NCBI GenBank assembly: GCA_030390025.1
Contig: CM059431.1
Coordinates: 99,078,001-99,142,000, forward strand
Direction of reading: 5' to 3'
DNA from: Squalus acanthias
Lineage: Eukaryota
Length of the DNA stretch: 64,000 bases
The position numbers were made by a program, and so were the translations under genes. Every line of letters starts with the position of its first letter. Positions within the stretch are counted from its first letter, which is position 1. Positions 51,866-64,000 of the stretch are shown here, piece after piece. A model generated the notes under the pieces. The model saw only the letters and a program-made list of their open reading frames with translations. It was not told the DNA's origin and did not search any database.

Positions 51866-52312
51866 AAAGGAAGACTTGCATTTATATAACACCTTTCACA
51901 ACATCCCAAAGTGCTTCAGTGAAGTATTTTTGAAGTGCAGTCACTGTTGTAATGTAGGAAACACGGCAGCCAAATTGCACACAGCAAGCTCCCACAAACA
52001 GCAATGTGATGATGACCAGATCATCTGTTTTTAGTGATGTTGATTGAGGGATAAATATTGGCCAGGTCACTGGGGATAACTCCCCTGCTCTTCTTTGAAA
52101 TAGTGCCATGGGATCTTTTACATCCACCCGAGAGAGCAGATGGGGCCTCGGTTTAACGTCTTATCCGAAAGACGGCACCTCCGACAGTGCAGCACTCCCT
52201 CAGCACTGCACTGGAGTGTCAGCCTAGAGTTTTGTGCTCAAGTCCCTGGAGTGGGACTTGAACCCACAACCTTCTGACTCAGAGGTGAGAGTGCGACCCA
52301 TTGAGCCAATGG
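51866..52312 (-). mobile_element. Complete SINE family A, unexpanded
   Basis: Reverse complement of the 29393-29850 type with a single unit. Confidence 0.85.
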
Positions 52313-52512
52313 CAGGAGATGTTAGAGATTTAACAGCTTACAACCAAACACAGAGCCAGGAAAAAAGGGAGGCAGTGACAGGGTGAAGGGCAGGAGTGAT
52401 TAAATGATGAAAGAGTCTAAATTATCAGAGGCTCAACAGTAATTTAAGTGCGACATGATATCTCACTCAGCCTATGTTTTGCTAATCAGCAGAATAACAC
52501 AGTTTAATGTCC

Positions 52513-53790
52513 AACTCGTGCTTGACTAATCCACTGGAATTTTTTGAGGATGTAACTGATAGAATACATAAGGGAGAACCAGTGGATGTGGTGTATTTGG
52601 ACTTTCAGAAGGCTTTCGATAAGGTCCCGCATAAGAGATTAGCGTGTAAAGTTAAGGCACATGGGATTGGGGGCAAGGTACTGACTTGGATAGAGAACTG
52701 GTTGGCAGACAGGAAGCAAAGAGTTGGAATAAACGGGTCTTTTTCCGAGTGGTAGGCAGTGACTAGTTGGGTTCCGCAGGGATCGGTCCTAGGACCCCAG
52801 CTATTCATTATATATATTAATGATCTAGACGAGGGAACTAGATGTAATATCTCCAAGTTTGCAGATGACACAAAGCTGGGTGGGCGTGTGTGCTGCGAGG
52901 AGGATGCCGAGAAACTCCAGTATGATTTGGACAGGTTGGGTGATTGGGCAGAAGCATGGCAGATGCAGTATAATGTGGATAAATGCGAGGTTATCCACTT
53001 TGGTGGCAAAAACAGAAAGGCAGATTATTATCTGAATGGCAATAGATTGGGAGAAGGTGAAGTGCAACGAGACCTGGGTGTCCTTGTGCACCAGTCGCTG
53101 AAGGTAAGCATGCAGGTACAGCAGGCGGTTAAGAAGGCAAATGGTATGTTGGCCTTCGTAGCGAGAGGGTTTGAGTACAGGAACAAGGATGTCTTGCTGC
53201 AGATGTACAGGGCCTTAGTGAGACCACACCTTGAGTATTGTGTGCAGTTTTGGTCGCCTTATCTGAGGAAGGATGTTCTTGCCATGGAGGGTGTGCAGCG
53301 AAGATTCACCAGACTGATACCTGGGATGGCAGGAGTGACGTACGAGGAGAGATTGGGTTGATTGGGCTTATACTCGCTGGAGTTTAGAAGAATGAGAGGA
53401 GATCTCATTGAAACTTATAAAATTCTAACAGGACTAGACAGACTAGATGCAGGAAGGATGTTCCCGATGGTCGGGGAGTCCAGAACCAGGGGTCACAGTC
53501 TAAGGATAAGGGGTAAGCCATTTAGGACTGAGATGAGGAGGAATTTCTTCACCCAGAGAGTGGTGAACCTGTGGAATTCTCTACCACAGAAGGCAGTTGA
53601 GGCCAAGTCAGTAAATATATTCAAGAAGGAGTTAGATATATTTCTTAAGGCTAAAGGGATCAAGGGATATGGGGAGAAAGCAGGGACAGGGTACTGAATT
53701 TGGATGATCAGCCATGATCTCATTAAATGGCGGAACAGGCTCGAGGGGCCAAATGGCCTACTCCTGCTCCTATCTTCTATGTTTCTATGT
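52513..53790 (+). mobile_element. 5'-truncated CR1 LINE
   Basis: SCLTNPLEFFE...YLDFQKAFDKVPH...PQGSVLGP...FADDTK; two in-frame stops (52753, 53359). Confidence 0.95.
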
Positions 53791-53915
53791 AAATAATGAT
53801 AAGATATCAGGTCCGCTCTAGGCTCTTATCTCTGCATGAGCCATAACACATGAACAGCTTATCGGTTGATAGGTTTGTTCTGGCACAGTGTGGCTGACCA
53901 GGTTTGATCTTGGAA

Positions 53916-54843
53916 CACAAAAGCAAAATACTGCAGAGGCTGGAAATCTGAAATAACAGCAGAAAGTGCTGGAAACACACAGCAGGTCAGGCACCATCGA
54001 GGGGAGAGAATCAGAGTTAACATTTCGGGTCGAACTCTTCGTCAGAACTGGGGAAGGTTAGGGAGGAGAGATTTCTAAGCAGGGGCAGGGAGGAGGGGAG
54101 GATAGAACAAAGGGAAGGTCTGTAATAAGATGGAAGGCCGGAGAGATTGAATGACAAAAGGGATGATGGTGCGAGGCAAAAGGAGAGGTAATGGGACAAG
54201 TTAAGAAACAAAAGATGGCTCGAGATGATGTGTGAATGATGATGGCATCAACATTAACAGCTACCATGTGAGGAAACAAGAGAAAAAACTAAAATATAAA
54301 GAAATACAGAGGCCAATTTATAGTCTGAAATTGTTGAACTCGATGTTGAGTCCAGAAGGCTGTAAAGTGCCTAATCGAAAGATGAGGTGCTGTTCCTCGA
54401 GCTTACGCTGAGCTTCAGTGGAACAGTGTAAGAGGCCGAGGACGGAGAGGTCAGAGTGGGAGAGGAGCGGAGAATTAAAGTGACAGGCGACCGGAAGCTC
54501 CGGGTCACCCTTACGGACTGAACGGAGGTGTTCCGCAAAGCGGTCACCCAGTCTGCGTTTGGTCTCCCCAATGTAGAGGAGACCACATCGTGAGCAGCGA
54601 ATACAGTATACTAAATTGCAGGAAGTACAAGTAAATCGTTGTTTCACCTGGAAGGAGTGTTTGGGGCCCTGGAGAGTGGGAAGGGAGGAGGTAAAAGGGC
54701 AGGTGTTGCATCTCCTGCGCTTGCACGGGAAGGTGCCGGGCGAAGGGGAAGGGGTGTCAGAGGAGTGGACCAGGGTGTCACGGTGGCAGCGGTCCCTTCG
54801 GAATGCGGAAAGGGGAGGGAGGGGAAGATGTGTTTGGTGGTGG
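53916..54843 (-). mobile_element. Penelope-like element, GIY-YIG endonuclease end plus terminal repeat, 10-bp TSD
   Basis: CKRRRCNTC...NLVYCIRCSRCGLLYIGETKRRLGDRFAEH...EQHLIFRLGTLQPSGLN; gatcttggaa at 53906-53915 and 54844-54853. Confidence 0.9.
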
Positions 54844-54922
54844 GATCTTGGAATTGCTGGGTGATACCGAGGATTTGCTCGAGCCTCTAGTTTACTGAAA
54901 TGCCGCAGTGTGTCCAGGTTGA

Positions 54923-55303
54923 CAACAGCAACAACTTGAATTTCTATAGCGCCTTTAATGTAGTAAAACGTCCCACGGCACTTCACAGGAGCGAATATCA
55001 AACAAAATTTGACACCGAGCCACATATTAGGACAGGTGACCAAAAGCTTGGTCAAAGAGGGAGGTTTTAAGGAGTGTCTTAAAGCAGGAGAGAGAGGTGG
55101 AGAGGTTTAGGGAGGGAATTCCAGAGCTTGGGGCCTCGGCAGCTGAAGGCACGGCCACCAATGGTGGAGCGATGGAAATCGGGGATGCGCAAGAGGCCAG
55201 AATTGGAGGAGCGCAGAGATCTCGGAGGGTTGTGGGGCTGGAGGAGGTTACAGAGATAGGGAGGGGGCGAGGCCACGGAGGGATTTGAACACAAGGATGA
55301 GAA
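54923..55303 (-). mobile_element. L2 3' fragment
   Basis: PRSLRSSNSGLLRIP...PKLWNSLP and tail. Confidence 0.8.
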
Positions 55304-55762
55304 TATTTGCTCAGGCACAGTGCGGCTGGTACCATCTGATCTTGGAATGACTGGGTGATTTGGGGGTTTTCCCTGTGTCTCTGAAATGCCGCAGTGTGTC
55401 CAGGTTGACTAGTATTCCTCCGAAAGCCCCTCGTTTTCCTACAGTCTATCCAAAGCAGTATGGGAAAAGTGTTCTTTTTTTTTTATTTCTATCTTGTAGA
55501 CATGTGCTCAGTGCTCACAAATACCATTACACACCCTGCTCATATATACAATGTGTCCTGTCAGCATTGTAACTGCGGATTTAATCAGCGAGTTCCCGTC
55601 TAGAAGGAACTCCTGTTGATGCGAATCACTAGACGTTATAAAGACTCGTTTGTATCTGGGCCCGAAGTTGTGCCCATTCTGCTTGTGTCAAATTATGCTC
55701 AAGCATCCACCCAATCACATTAAAATACGCCCAAATAATCATTTATATTGCCCAAGTATAAT

Positions 55763-56685
55763 AAATAAATATTGGCCAGGACACCGGGGAGAACTCTCCT
55801 GTTCGTCTTCTAAATAGTGGCTGTGGGATCTTTTACATCCACCTGGGAGAGCAGATGGGGCCTTGGTTTAACGTCTCATCTGAAAGATGGCCCATCCGAC
55901 AGTGCGGCGCTCCCTCAGTACTGCCCCTCCGACAGTGCAGCACTCCCTCAGTACTGCCCCTCCGACAGTGCAGCACTCCCTCAGTACTGCCCATCCGACA
56001 GTGCGGCGCTCCCTCAGTACTGCCCATCCGACAGTGCGGCGTTCCCTCAGTACTGCCCCTCCGACAGTGCAGCACTCCCTCAGTACTGCCCATCCGACAG
56101 TGCGGCGCTCCCTCAGTACTGCCCCTCCGACAGTGCGGCGCTCCTTCAGTACTGCCCCTCCGACAGTGCAGCACTCCCTCAGTACTGCCCATCCGACAGT
56201 GCGGCGCTCCCTCAGTACTGCCCCTCCGACAGTGCAGCACTCCCTCAGTACTGCCCCTCCGACAGTGCAGCACTCCCTCAGTACTGCCCCTCCGACAGTG
56301 CGGTGCTCCCTTAGTACTGCCCCTCTAACAGTGCAGCACTCTCTCAGTACTGCCCCTCCGACAGTGCAGCACTCCCTCAGTACTGCCCCTCCGACAGTGC
56401 AGCACTCCCTCAGTACTGCCCCTCCGACAGTGCAGCACTCCCTCAGTACTGCCCCTCCGACAGTGCAGTGCTCCCTCAGTACTGCCCCTCCGACAGTGCA
56501 GCTCTCCCTCAGTACTGCCCCTCCGACAGTGCGGCGCTCCCTCAGTACTGACCCTCCGACAGTGCGGCGCTCCCTCAGTACTGCACTGGGAGTGTCAGCC
56601 TGGATTATGTGCTCAAGGCTTGTGGAATGGTTTTGAACCCAAAACCTTCTGACTCAGAGTGCTACCCACTCAGCAACGGCTGACA
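55763..56685 (-). mobile_element. SINE family A with 33-bp array (about 55896-56585)
   Basis: Head, array, partial body. Confidence 0.85.
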
Positions 56686-58934
56686 CTGATGTTTTTTCCA
56701 TTTGCACTAGTATGTTCAGTTGTCTGGTCACTGTGAATCCCACCACAGGGTCGGTGACAGATCTATAATTAGAAGACGCAAAGTCAAAACCTGCAAGTTG
56801 CATAATGAAAGCGTGTGATGCAACAAGAAAAACCCACCCTAGGTTATTGTGGGTGACTCTTGACTTCCCCAAACATAACCAGCGGGCCTTTCTCTCATAT
56901 TTTCCTATGATGAGTTCTTTTCTATCTTAGGTCATCAACTTTACTGGTAAGATAGCAAAATACTGCGGATGCTGTAAATCCGAAATAACAACAGAAAACG
57001 CTGGAAAAACTCAGCAGGCCAGGCAGCATCCGTGCAGAGAGAAACAGAGTTAACTAGTAAACCTGGCTACCCTTACATTTTGCAGCTTCGAGTCTTCTGT
57101 TTCTTCAAGATGCAAAACTGCAGCCCGATGGGTTTGACCGTCGCTGGTTTATTTTAACATGGAATTAAAAGCACAGAAACAGGCCATTCGGCCCAACTGC
57201 CCGTGCCGGTGTTTATGCTCCACACCAGCCTCCTCCCACCCCTCTTCATCTAACACCATCAGCATAACCTTCTATTCCTTTCTCCCTCGTGTGTTTATCA
57301 AGTTTCCCCTTAAATGCATCTCTGCTATTGGCCTCAACCCCTCCCTGTGGTAGCGAGTTCCACATTCTCACAGAGTTAGTGGTGATCGGTATTATCAACC
57401 CGTTATGGGGCTGGCTTTTGCGATATAAATGGACCCACTGACAGGATCGTGGTTTTGAAGTTTGAAGTACAAGGACCCAGAAATTTGTTGACGCCATGCC
57501 TGCTTTACGGGCGCAGAACGGGCGGCCTGCGCCCATTCCACCCCGGAATGCACCGCCCGCCATATTGGTAAAGGCTCCCGCGTAGGCGTCTAAAGCTCGC
57601 GCCTAAAACAGGCACGAGGCCCTTTTGTAAATCAGGGGCCGATCTCCTGTTTCAGGCCCCCTTTCCCAAAATCCGTTAGCAACTGACCACAGCTCGTGCC
57701 CTTGCACGCAGTCAGTACTCCTCAGGAGCTCGGGAGCCAACCAGCAGCTTTTAAAGAGCCGCTGGAGGCTGACTCCCGAAAGGTTAAGTTTTTATTTCTT
57801 TTACTTCCCTTATTGTGGAGCTGGGAGGAATCAGGAGTGGTCGCCCAGCTCCACATTAAATTGGGGGGGCACCGCTCTCCCCCTCCCCCCCCCCCAATTA
57901 CCTCCTCTCCACGCCCACCCCCCTCCACCGCGCCCCCCCCCCGGACTTGTCTTACAGCCCCGGCTGAGATTCGCGTCGACCGATCTTGCTTAACCCCCGA
58001 GATCTCCGCGCTCCTCCAATTCTGGCCCCTTGCGCCTCCCCGATTTTAATCGCTCCACCATTGGCGGCCGTGTCTTCAGCTGCCTGGGCCCCGAGCTCTG
58101 GAATTCCCTCCCTAAACCACTCCGCCTCTCTCTCCTCCTTTAAGACGCTCATTAAAACCTACCTCATTGACCAAGCTTTTGGTCACCTGTCCCTAATATC
58201 CCCTTATGTGGCTTGGTGTCAAATTTTGTTTGATAATCGCTCCTGTGAAGCCCCTGGGGACGTTAACAGCGCTATATAAATGCAAGTTGTTGCTGTAAAG
58301 TCGGTAGAGATAAAAGATCTACCCTGATAATCTACCACCACGATCGTTTTATTTTTGTAGATGATCAAATCCCAATCTGTTGATTGCTGAAAAAGCAAAT
58401 GCACTTCAGTGCTCATTTAGCGAGAGAGGCTAGCTACCACACTCCAGCATTGTAGCTACACAGGAAACTGCTGGAACAAAAGCATAAAAGGTATTTTATT
58501 AAACACTGTGACAGCCATCGACTCTGCTCTTCCTGTTTGCAAAGCCCTGGGGAGACAAGGGCTGTGGTTTAATTTCAAAAGGTGCTTAAGCCAGGGGCTG
58601 CGCCTCTGAATATTTGTTAGCTGTTCAATGTCTCCAGCAACGATTAGATTTTCAGAGGCTGCTAGTTGACATCGGAACGGAGCTGCCTGGACTGAGAGCG
58701 ATAGATTTTCTTTGGGTAGCAAGGGCGGGTGACTGGAGTTCAGGCGCACATCAGCCATGATCTAATTCACTGGCCCTCAAACCGGGGCCCACCGACCCCT
58801 GGGGGTCTGTAGAGACTTTCAAGGGGGTCTGTGAACTAATGTGAAAGTGCTCACTGAGCAGGGCCGGCCTTGCGGGTGGGCGACATGGGCGATGCCCAGG
58901 GTGCTGTGGTCAAGAGTAAGCGGAGGAGCAGCAG

Positions 58935-60615
58935 CCGGAGGCGGGAGCGGAGTGGGCCGGGAGGGGAGTGGGCCGGGAGGCGGGAGCGGAGAGGGCCGGG
59001 AGGGGAGTGGGCCGGGAGGCGGGAGGGGAGTGGGCCGGGAGGCGGGAGGGGAGTGGGCCGGGAGGCGGGAGCGGAGCGGGCCGGGAGGTGAGAGCGGTGC
59101 GGGCCGGGAGGCGGGAGCGGAGTGGGCCGGGAGGAGAGTGGGCCGGGAGGCGGGAGCGGAGAGGGCCGGGAGGGGAGTGCGCCGGGAGGCGGGAGCGGAG
59201 TGGGCCTGGAGGGGAGTGGGCCGGGAGGCGGGAGCGGAGTGGGCCGGGAGGGGAGTGGGCTGGGAGGCGGGAGTGGAGTGGGCCGAGAGGGGAGTGGGCC
59301 GGGAGGCGGGAGGGGTGTGGGCCGGGAGGTGGGAGCGGAGCGGGCCGGGAGGCGGGAGCGGAGAGGGCCGGGAGGTGGGAGCGGAGAGGGCCGGGAGGCG
59401 GGAGCGGAGAGGGCCGGGAGGTGGGAGCGGAGTGGGCCGAGAGGGGAGTGGGCCGGGAGGTGGGAGCGGAGCGGGCCGGGAGGCGGGAGCGGAGTGGGCC
59501 GGGAGGTGGGAGCGGAGTGGGCCGGGAGGGGAGTGGGCCGGGAGGCGGGAGTGGAGTGGGCCGGGAGGGGAGTGGGCCGGGAGGCGGGAGCGGAGAGGGC
59601 CGGGAGGGGAGTGGGCCGGGAGGCGGGAGCGGAGTGGGCCGGGAGGGGAGTGGAGTGGGCCGGGAGGCGGGAGCGGAGAGGGCCAGGAGGCGGGAGCGGT
59701 GCGGGCCGGGAGGCGGGAGCGGAGAGGGCCAGGAGGCGGGAGCGGTGCGGGCCGGGAGGCGGGAGCGGAGAGGGCCGGGAGGCGGGAGCGGAGAGGGCTG
59801 GGAGGCGGGAGCGGAGTGGGCCGGGAGGCGGGAGTGGAGTGGGCCGGGAGGGGAGTGGGCCGGGAGGCGGGAGCGGAGAGGGCCGGGAGGGGAGTGGGCC
59901 GGGAGGCGGGAGCGGAGTGGGCCGGGAGGGGAGTGGAGTGGGCCGGGAGGCGAGAGCGGAGTGGGCCGGGAGGCGGGAGTGCTGTGGGCCGGGAGGCGGG
60001 AGCGGAGTGGGCCTGGAGGGGTGTGGGCCGGGAGGCGGGAGCGGAGTTGGCCAGGAGCGGAGTGGGCCGGGAGGGGAGTGGGCCGGGAGGCGGGAGTGCT
60101 GTGGGCCGGGAGGCGGGAGGGGAGAGGGCCGGGAGGCGGGAGCGGAGTGGGCCGGGAGGGGAGTGGGCCGGGAGGCGGGAGTGCTGTGGGCCGGGAGGCG
60201 GGAGGGGAGAGAGCCGGGAGGCGGGAGCGGAGTTGGCCAGGAGCGGAGTGGGCCGGGAGGGGAGTGGGCCGGGAGGCGGGAGTGCTGTGGGACGGGAGGT
60301 GGGAGGGGAGAGGGCCGGGAGGCGGGAGCGGAGTGGGCCGGGAGGCGGGAGCGGAGTGGGCCAGGAGCGGAGTGGGCCGGGAGCGGAGTGGGCCGGGAGG
60401 CGGGAGTGCTGTGTGCCGGGAGGCGGGAGCGGAGTGGGCCGGGAGCGGAGTGGGCCGGGAGCGGAGTGGGCCAGGAGGCGGGAGTGCTGTGTGCCGGGAG
60501 GCGGGAGCGGAGTGGGCCGGGAGGCGGGAGCGGAGTGGGCCGGGAGCGGAGTGGGCCGGGAGCGGAGTGGGCCGGGAGGCGGGAGTGCTGTGTGCCGGGA
60601 GGCGGGAGCGGAGCG
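58935..60615. repeat. G-rich complex minisatellite (gggccgggaggcgggagcggagt and shorter variants)
   Basis: Direct reading; source of the 500-630 aa low-complexity ORFs. Confidence 0.95.
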
Positions 60616-60892
60616 GGCTGGCTGTCTCACACAGGAGGGGAGCGAGCCTGGAGGAGCGCTGAGAGCGGCACAAAGATCGGCAGGTACTAAGGGAGGTGGT
60701 GGCGTCAGGTGAGTTTTTTTCAATATTTAAGTAGTACATACTTAAACTCAAAGATAGGGCGCCAAAATACCAGTTCGCCCAGAGCGCCATTTTCCCTAAG
60801 GCCTGTTTCCGAGTATAAAAACAACTTCTTGTCTGCTGTGCCTAAAAACTCCGCAATCGTGCACTGCGGAAGCTCACAGTTGCCATATAGAA

Positions 60893-61568
60893 AAAGAAAG
60901 AAAGACTTTCATTTATATAGCGCCTTTCACAACCACCGGACGTCCCAAAGTGCTTTACAGCCAATGAAGTACAGTCACTGTTGTAATGTAGGAAACACGG
61001 CAGCCAATTTGCAAGCAGCAATGTGATAATGACCCGATAATCTGTTTTAATGATGTTGGTTGAGGGATAAATATTGTCCAGGACACCAGGGAGAACTCCC
61101 TGCTCTTCTGTTAAATAGTGGCCGTGGGATCTTTTACATCCACCCAAAAGAGCAGAGACGGGGCCTCGGTTTAACGCCTCATCCAAAAGATAACACCTCC
61201 GACAGTGCGGCGCTCCCTCAGCACTGCACCTCCGACAGTGCGGCGCTCACTCAGCACTGCACCTCCGACAGTGCGGCACTCCCTCAGCACTGACCCTCCG
61301 ACAGTGCGGCACTCCCTCAGCACTGACCCTCCGACAGTGCGGCACTCCCTCAGCACTGACCCTCCGACAGTGCGGCACTCCCTCAGCACTGCACCTCCGA
61401 CAGTGCGGCACTCCCTCAGCACTGCACCTCCGACAGCGCGGCACTCCCTCAGCACTGCACTGGAGTGTCAGTCTGGAATTTTGTGCTCGAGTCTCCTGAG
61501 TGGGACTTGAATCCACAAACCTTCTGACTCGGAGGCGAGGGTGCTACCCACTAAGCCACGGCTGACAC
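60893..61568 (-). mobile_element. Full SINE family A with short 33-bp array (about 61196-61460)
   Basis: Head, array variant with cagcactg instead of cagtactg, body, tail. Confidence 0.85.
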
Positions 61569-61671
61569 TATAGAGTGAGCCAAAAAATTTACAAATACAC
61601 AGAGACATTAATAACACATTTTGCGTTTTTGTCATTCTGGCAACTATGTGCTTCTGTACAACACAGAATGG

Positions 61672-62097
61672 GCCTATACTCTCTGGAGTTTAGAAGAATG
61701 AGAGGTGATCTCATTGAAACATAAGATTCTGAAGGGGATTGACAGGGTAGATGCTGAGAGGTTGTTTCCCCTGGCTGGAGAGTCTAGAACTAGGGGGCAT
61801 AGTCTCAGGATAAGGGGTCGGCCATTTAAGACTGAGATGAGGAGGAATTTCTTCACTCAGAGGGTTGTGAATCTTTGGAATTCTCTGCCCCAGAGGGCTG
61901 TGGATGCTGAGTCTTTGAGTATATTCAAGGCTGAGATCGATAGATTTTTGGACTCTAGGGGAATCAAGGGATATGGGGATCGGGCGGGAAAGTGGAGTTG
62001 AGGTTGATGATCAGCCATGATCTTATTGAATGGCAGAGCAGGCTCGAGGGGCCGAATGGCCGACTCCTGCTTCTAATTCTTATGTTCTTGTGTTCTT
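61672..62097 (+). mobile_element. CR1 3' fragment
   Basis: RTRGHSLRIRGRPFKTEMRRNFFTQRVV. Confidence 0.9.
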
Positions 62098-62189
62098 AAC
62101 ACAGACACCCTTAAAAAAGCTGATCGATGATAGTATGTGAGTAAATTACTTTAAAATGGCAAAGTATTTGAAACGACCTCATGCTGCCA

Positions 62190-62908
62190 GTGCAAGTGTT
62201 GCAGCTGAAGCCGCGATCAGTGCTGAGTCTTGTAGCAAGAAAGAAACGAAGAACAGAAAGTACGAGGAGAGTTCGATAGAATTCGGGTTTATGGAGCTCG
62301 GTGATGGACACTGCAATGTGTCGTGGAAAAACTAAAGCGACACCTCACAACAAGGCATCCGGAATGTAAAGATAAATCGAAATACTTCTCTGAATGAACC
62401 CAAGTGACAAACATAACACTGGTTCCGGAAAAGGACCTGAGACAGCGTTTCGGATTGCGAAAAGCACAAAAGGCCAACGTGTAGGAGAGGAGCTGAGTCT
62501 TCTGGCTGCTGTAGAGATGCGCAGAGCGATGGTGAGTGAAGATGCAGCACCGAGGCTCTAATGACACAATCAGTAGAAGAATCGAGGAACTTTCAAGAGC
62601 TATAAAATGCCGATTGACAGAAAGGCTTTTCGAATGTGAGCAGTTTACAATCCCGCTCGATGAGACAACTGATGTTGGTCGTGCGGCGCGATTATTAGTT
62701 TACCTTTGCTGTGTTCGGCTGGGGAACACTTTTGAAGATTTTCTTTTTTTGCCAGACATTACCAGAAGGAGCAACGGCTGAGGAAATATTTAAATTACTG
62801 GTTCATTTCATGGAATTGGAATTGCTTAAGTGGAAGAAGTGCGTTGCTGTTTGCACAGACGGTGCTGCCGCTGTGACAGGTAATAGGAATGGTGTTGTTG
62901 CAAGAATA
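62190..62908 (+). pseudogene. Decayed hAT (Charlie/Buster-type) transposase
   Basis: SNDTISRRIEE...FTIPLDETTDV...LLVY and CVAVCTDGAAAVTG...GVVARI in different frames. Confidence 0.85.
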
Positions 62909-64000
62909 AGCTGGTGGGACTGACCAGTGACCGCTCGCTCGAACAGGAGAGGAGCTGGTGGGACTGACCAGTGACCGCTCGAACAGAAGAGGAGCTGGTG
63001 GGACTGACCAGTGACCGCTCGCTCGAACAGGAGAGGAGCTGGTGGGACTGACCAGTGACCGCTCGCTCGAACAGGAGAGGAGCTGGTGGGACTGACCAGT
63101 GACCGCTCGCTCGAACAGGAGAGGAGCTGGTGGGACTGACCAGTGACCGCTCGCTCGAGCAGGAGAGGAGCTGGTGGGACTGACCAGTGACCGCTTGAAC
63201 AGGAGAGGAGCTGGTGGGACTGACCAGTGACCGCTCGAACAGAAGAGGAGCTGGTGGGACTGACCAGTGACCGCTCGCTCGAACAGGAGAGGAGCTGGTG
63301 GGACTGACCAGTGACCGCTCGAACAGAAGAGGAGCTGGTGGGACTGACCAGTGACCGCTCGCTCGAACAGGAGAGGAGCTGGTGGGACTGACCAGTGACC
63401 GCTTGAACAGGAGAGGAGCTGGTGGGACTGACCAGTGACCGCTCGAACAGAAGAGGAGCTGGTGGGACTGACCAGTGACCGCTCGCTCGAACAGGAGAGG
63501 AGCTGGTGGGACTGACCAGTGACCGCTCGCTCGAACAGGAGAGGAGCTGGTGGGACTGACCAGTGACCGCTCGCTCGAACAGGAGAGGAGCTGGTGGGAC
63601 TGACCAGTGACCACTCGCTCGAGCAGGAGAGGAGCTGGTGGGACTGACCAGTGACCACTCGAACAGAAGAGGAGCTGGTGGGACTGACCAGTGACCGCTC
63701 GCTCGAACAGGAGAGGAGCTGGTGGGACTGACCAGTGACCGCTCGAACAGAAGAGGAGCTGGTGGGACTGACCAGTGACCGCTCGCTCGAACAGGAGAGG
63801 AGCTGGTGGGACTGACCAGTGACCGCTTGAACAGGAGAGGAGCTGGTGGGACTGACCAGTGACCGCTCGAACAGAAGAGGAGCTGGTGGGACTGACCAGT
63901 GACCGCTCGCTCGAACAGGAGAGGAGCTGGTGGGACTGACCAGTGACCGCTTGAACAGGAGAGGAGCTGGTGGGACTGACCAGTGACCGCTCGAACAGGA
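62909..64000. repeat. 44/40-bp tandem repeat running off the window
   Basis: agctggtgggactgaccagtgaccgctc(gctc)gaacaggagagg, head to tail with no spacers. Confidence 0.95.

Noticed and set aside
58456..58525. MAVTVFNKIPFMLLFQQFPV as a leader exon
   Set aside because: Ends in a stop with no splice donor.
58819..60790. 500-630 aa Pro/Gly/Arg-rich ORFs
   Set aside because: Translations of a G-rich minisatellite lacking stop codons.
62909..64000. 44/40-bp repeat with internal hairpin as a CRISPR array
   Set aside because: No spacers and no cas genes; simple tandem repeat.

Overview
Eukaryotic, intron-rich vertebrate DNA, very likely a shark or other elasmobranch judging by its SINE, CR1 and Penelope repertoire (inference). 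Most of the window is transposon-derived. It contains CR1 and L2 LINE 3' ends, two tRNA-SINE families (one repeatedly carrying expanded 33-bp arrays), Penelope-like elements with minimal hammerhead-ribozyme motifs, a two-gene PIF/Harbinger transposon split by a solo LTR, MITEs, a decayed hAT transposase and several minisatellites. The long repetitive ORFs in the track are translations of these repeats. Hidden on the minus strand are exons of two tandem, related single-Ig-domain immune genes. The first is BTLA-like: leader exon 30392-30482 and a 6-Cys Ig exon 3155-3484, with the remainder probably left of the window. The second lies directly upstream: Ig exon 46577-46936 plus a short exon 44390-44518 ending in a hydrophobic, GPI-signal-like tail and a stop, i.e. 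a CD160-like architecture. The head-to-tail BTLA + CD160-like pair is the most interesting observation. All family assignments are by eye and need alignment searches; repeat boundaries are approximate unless a TSD is quoted.
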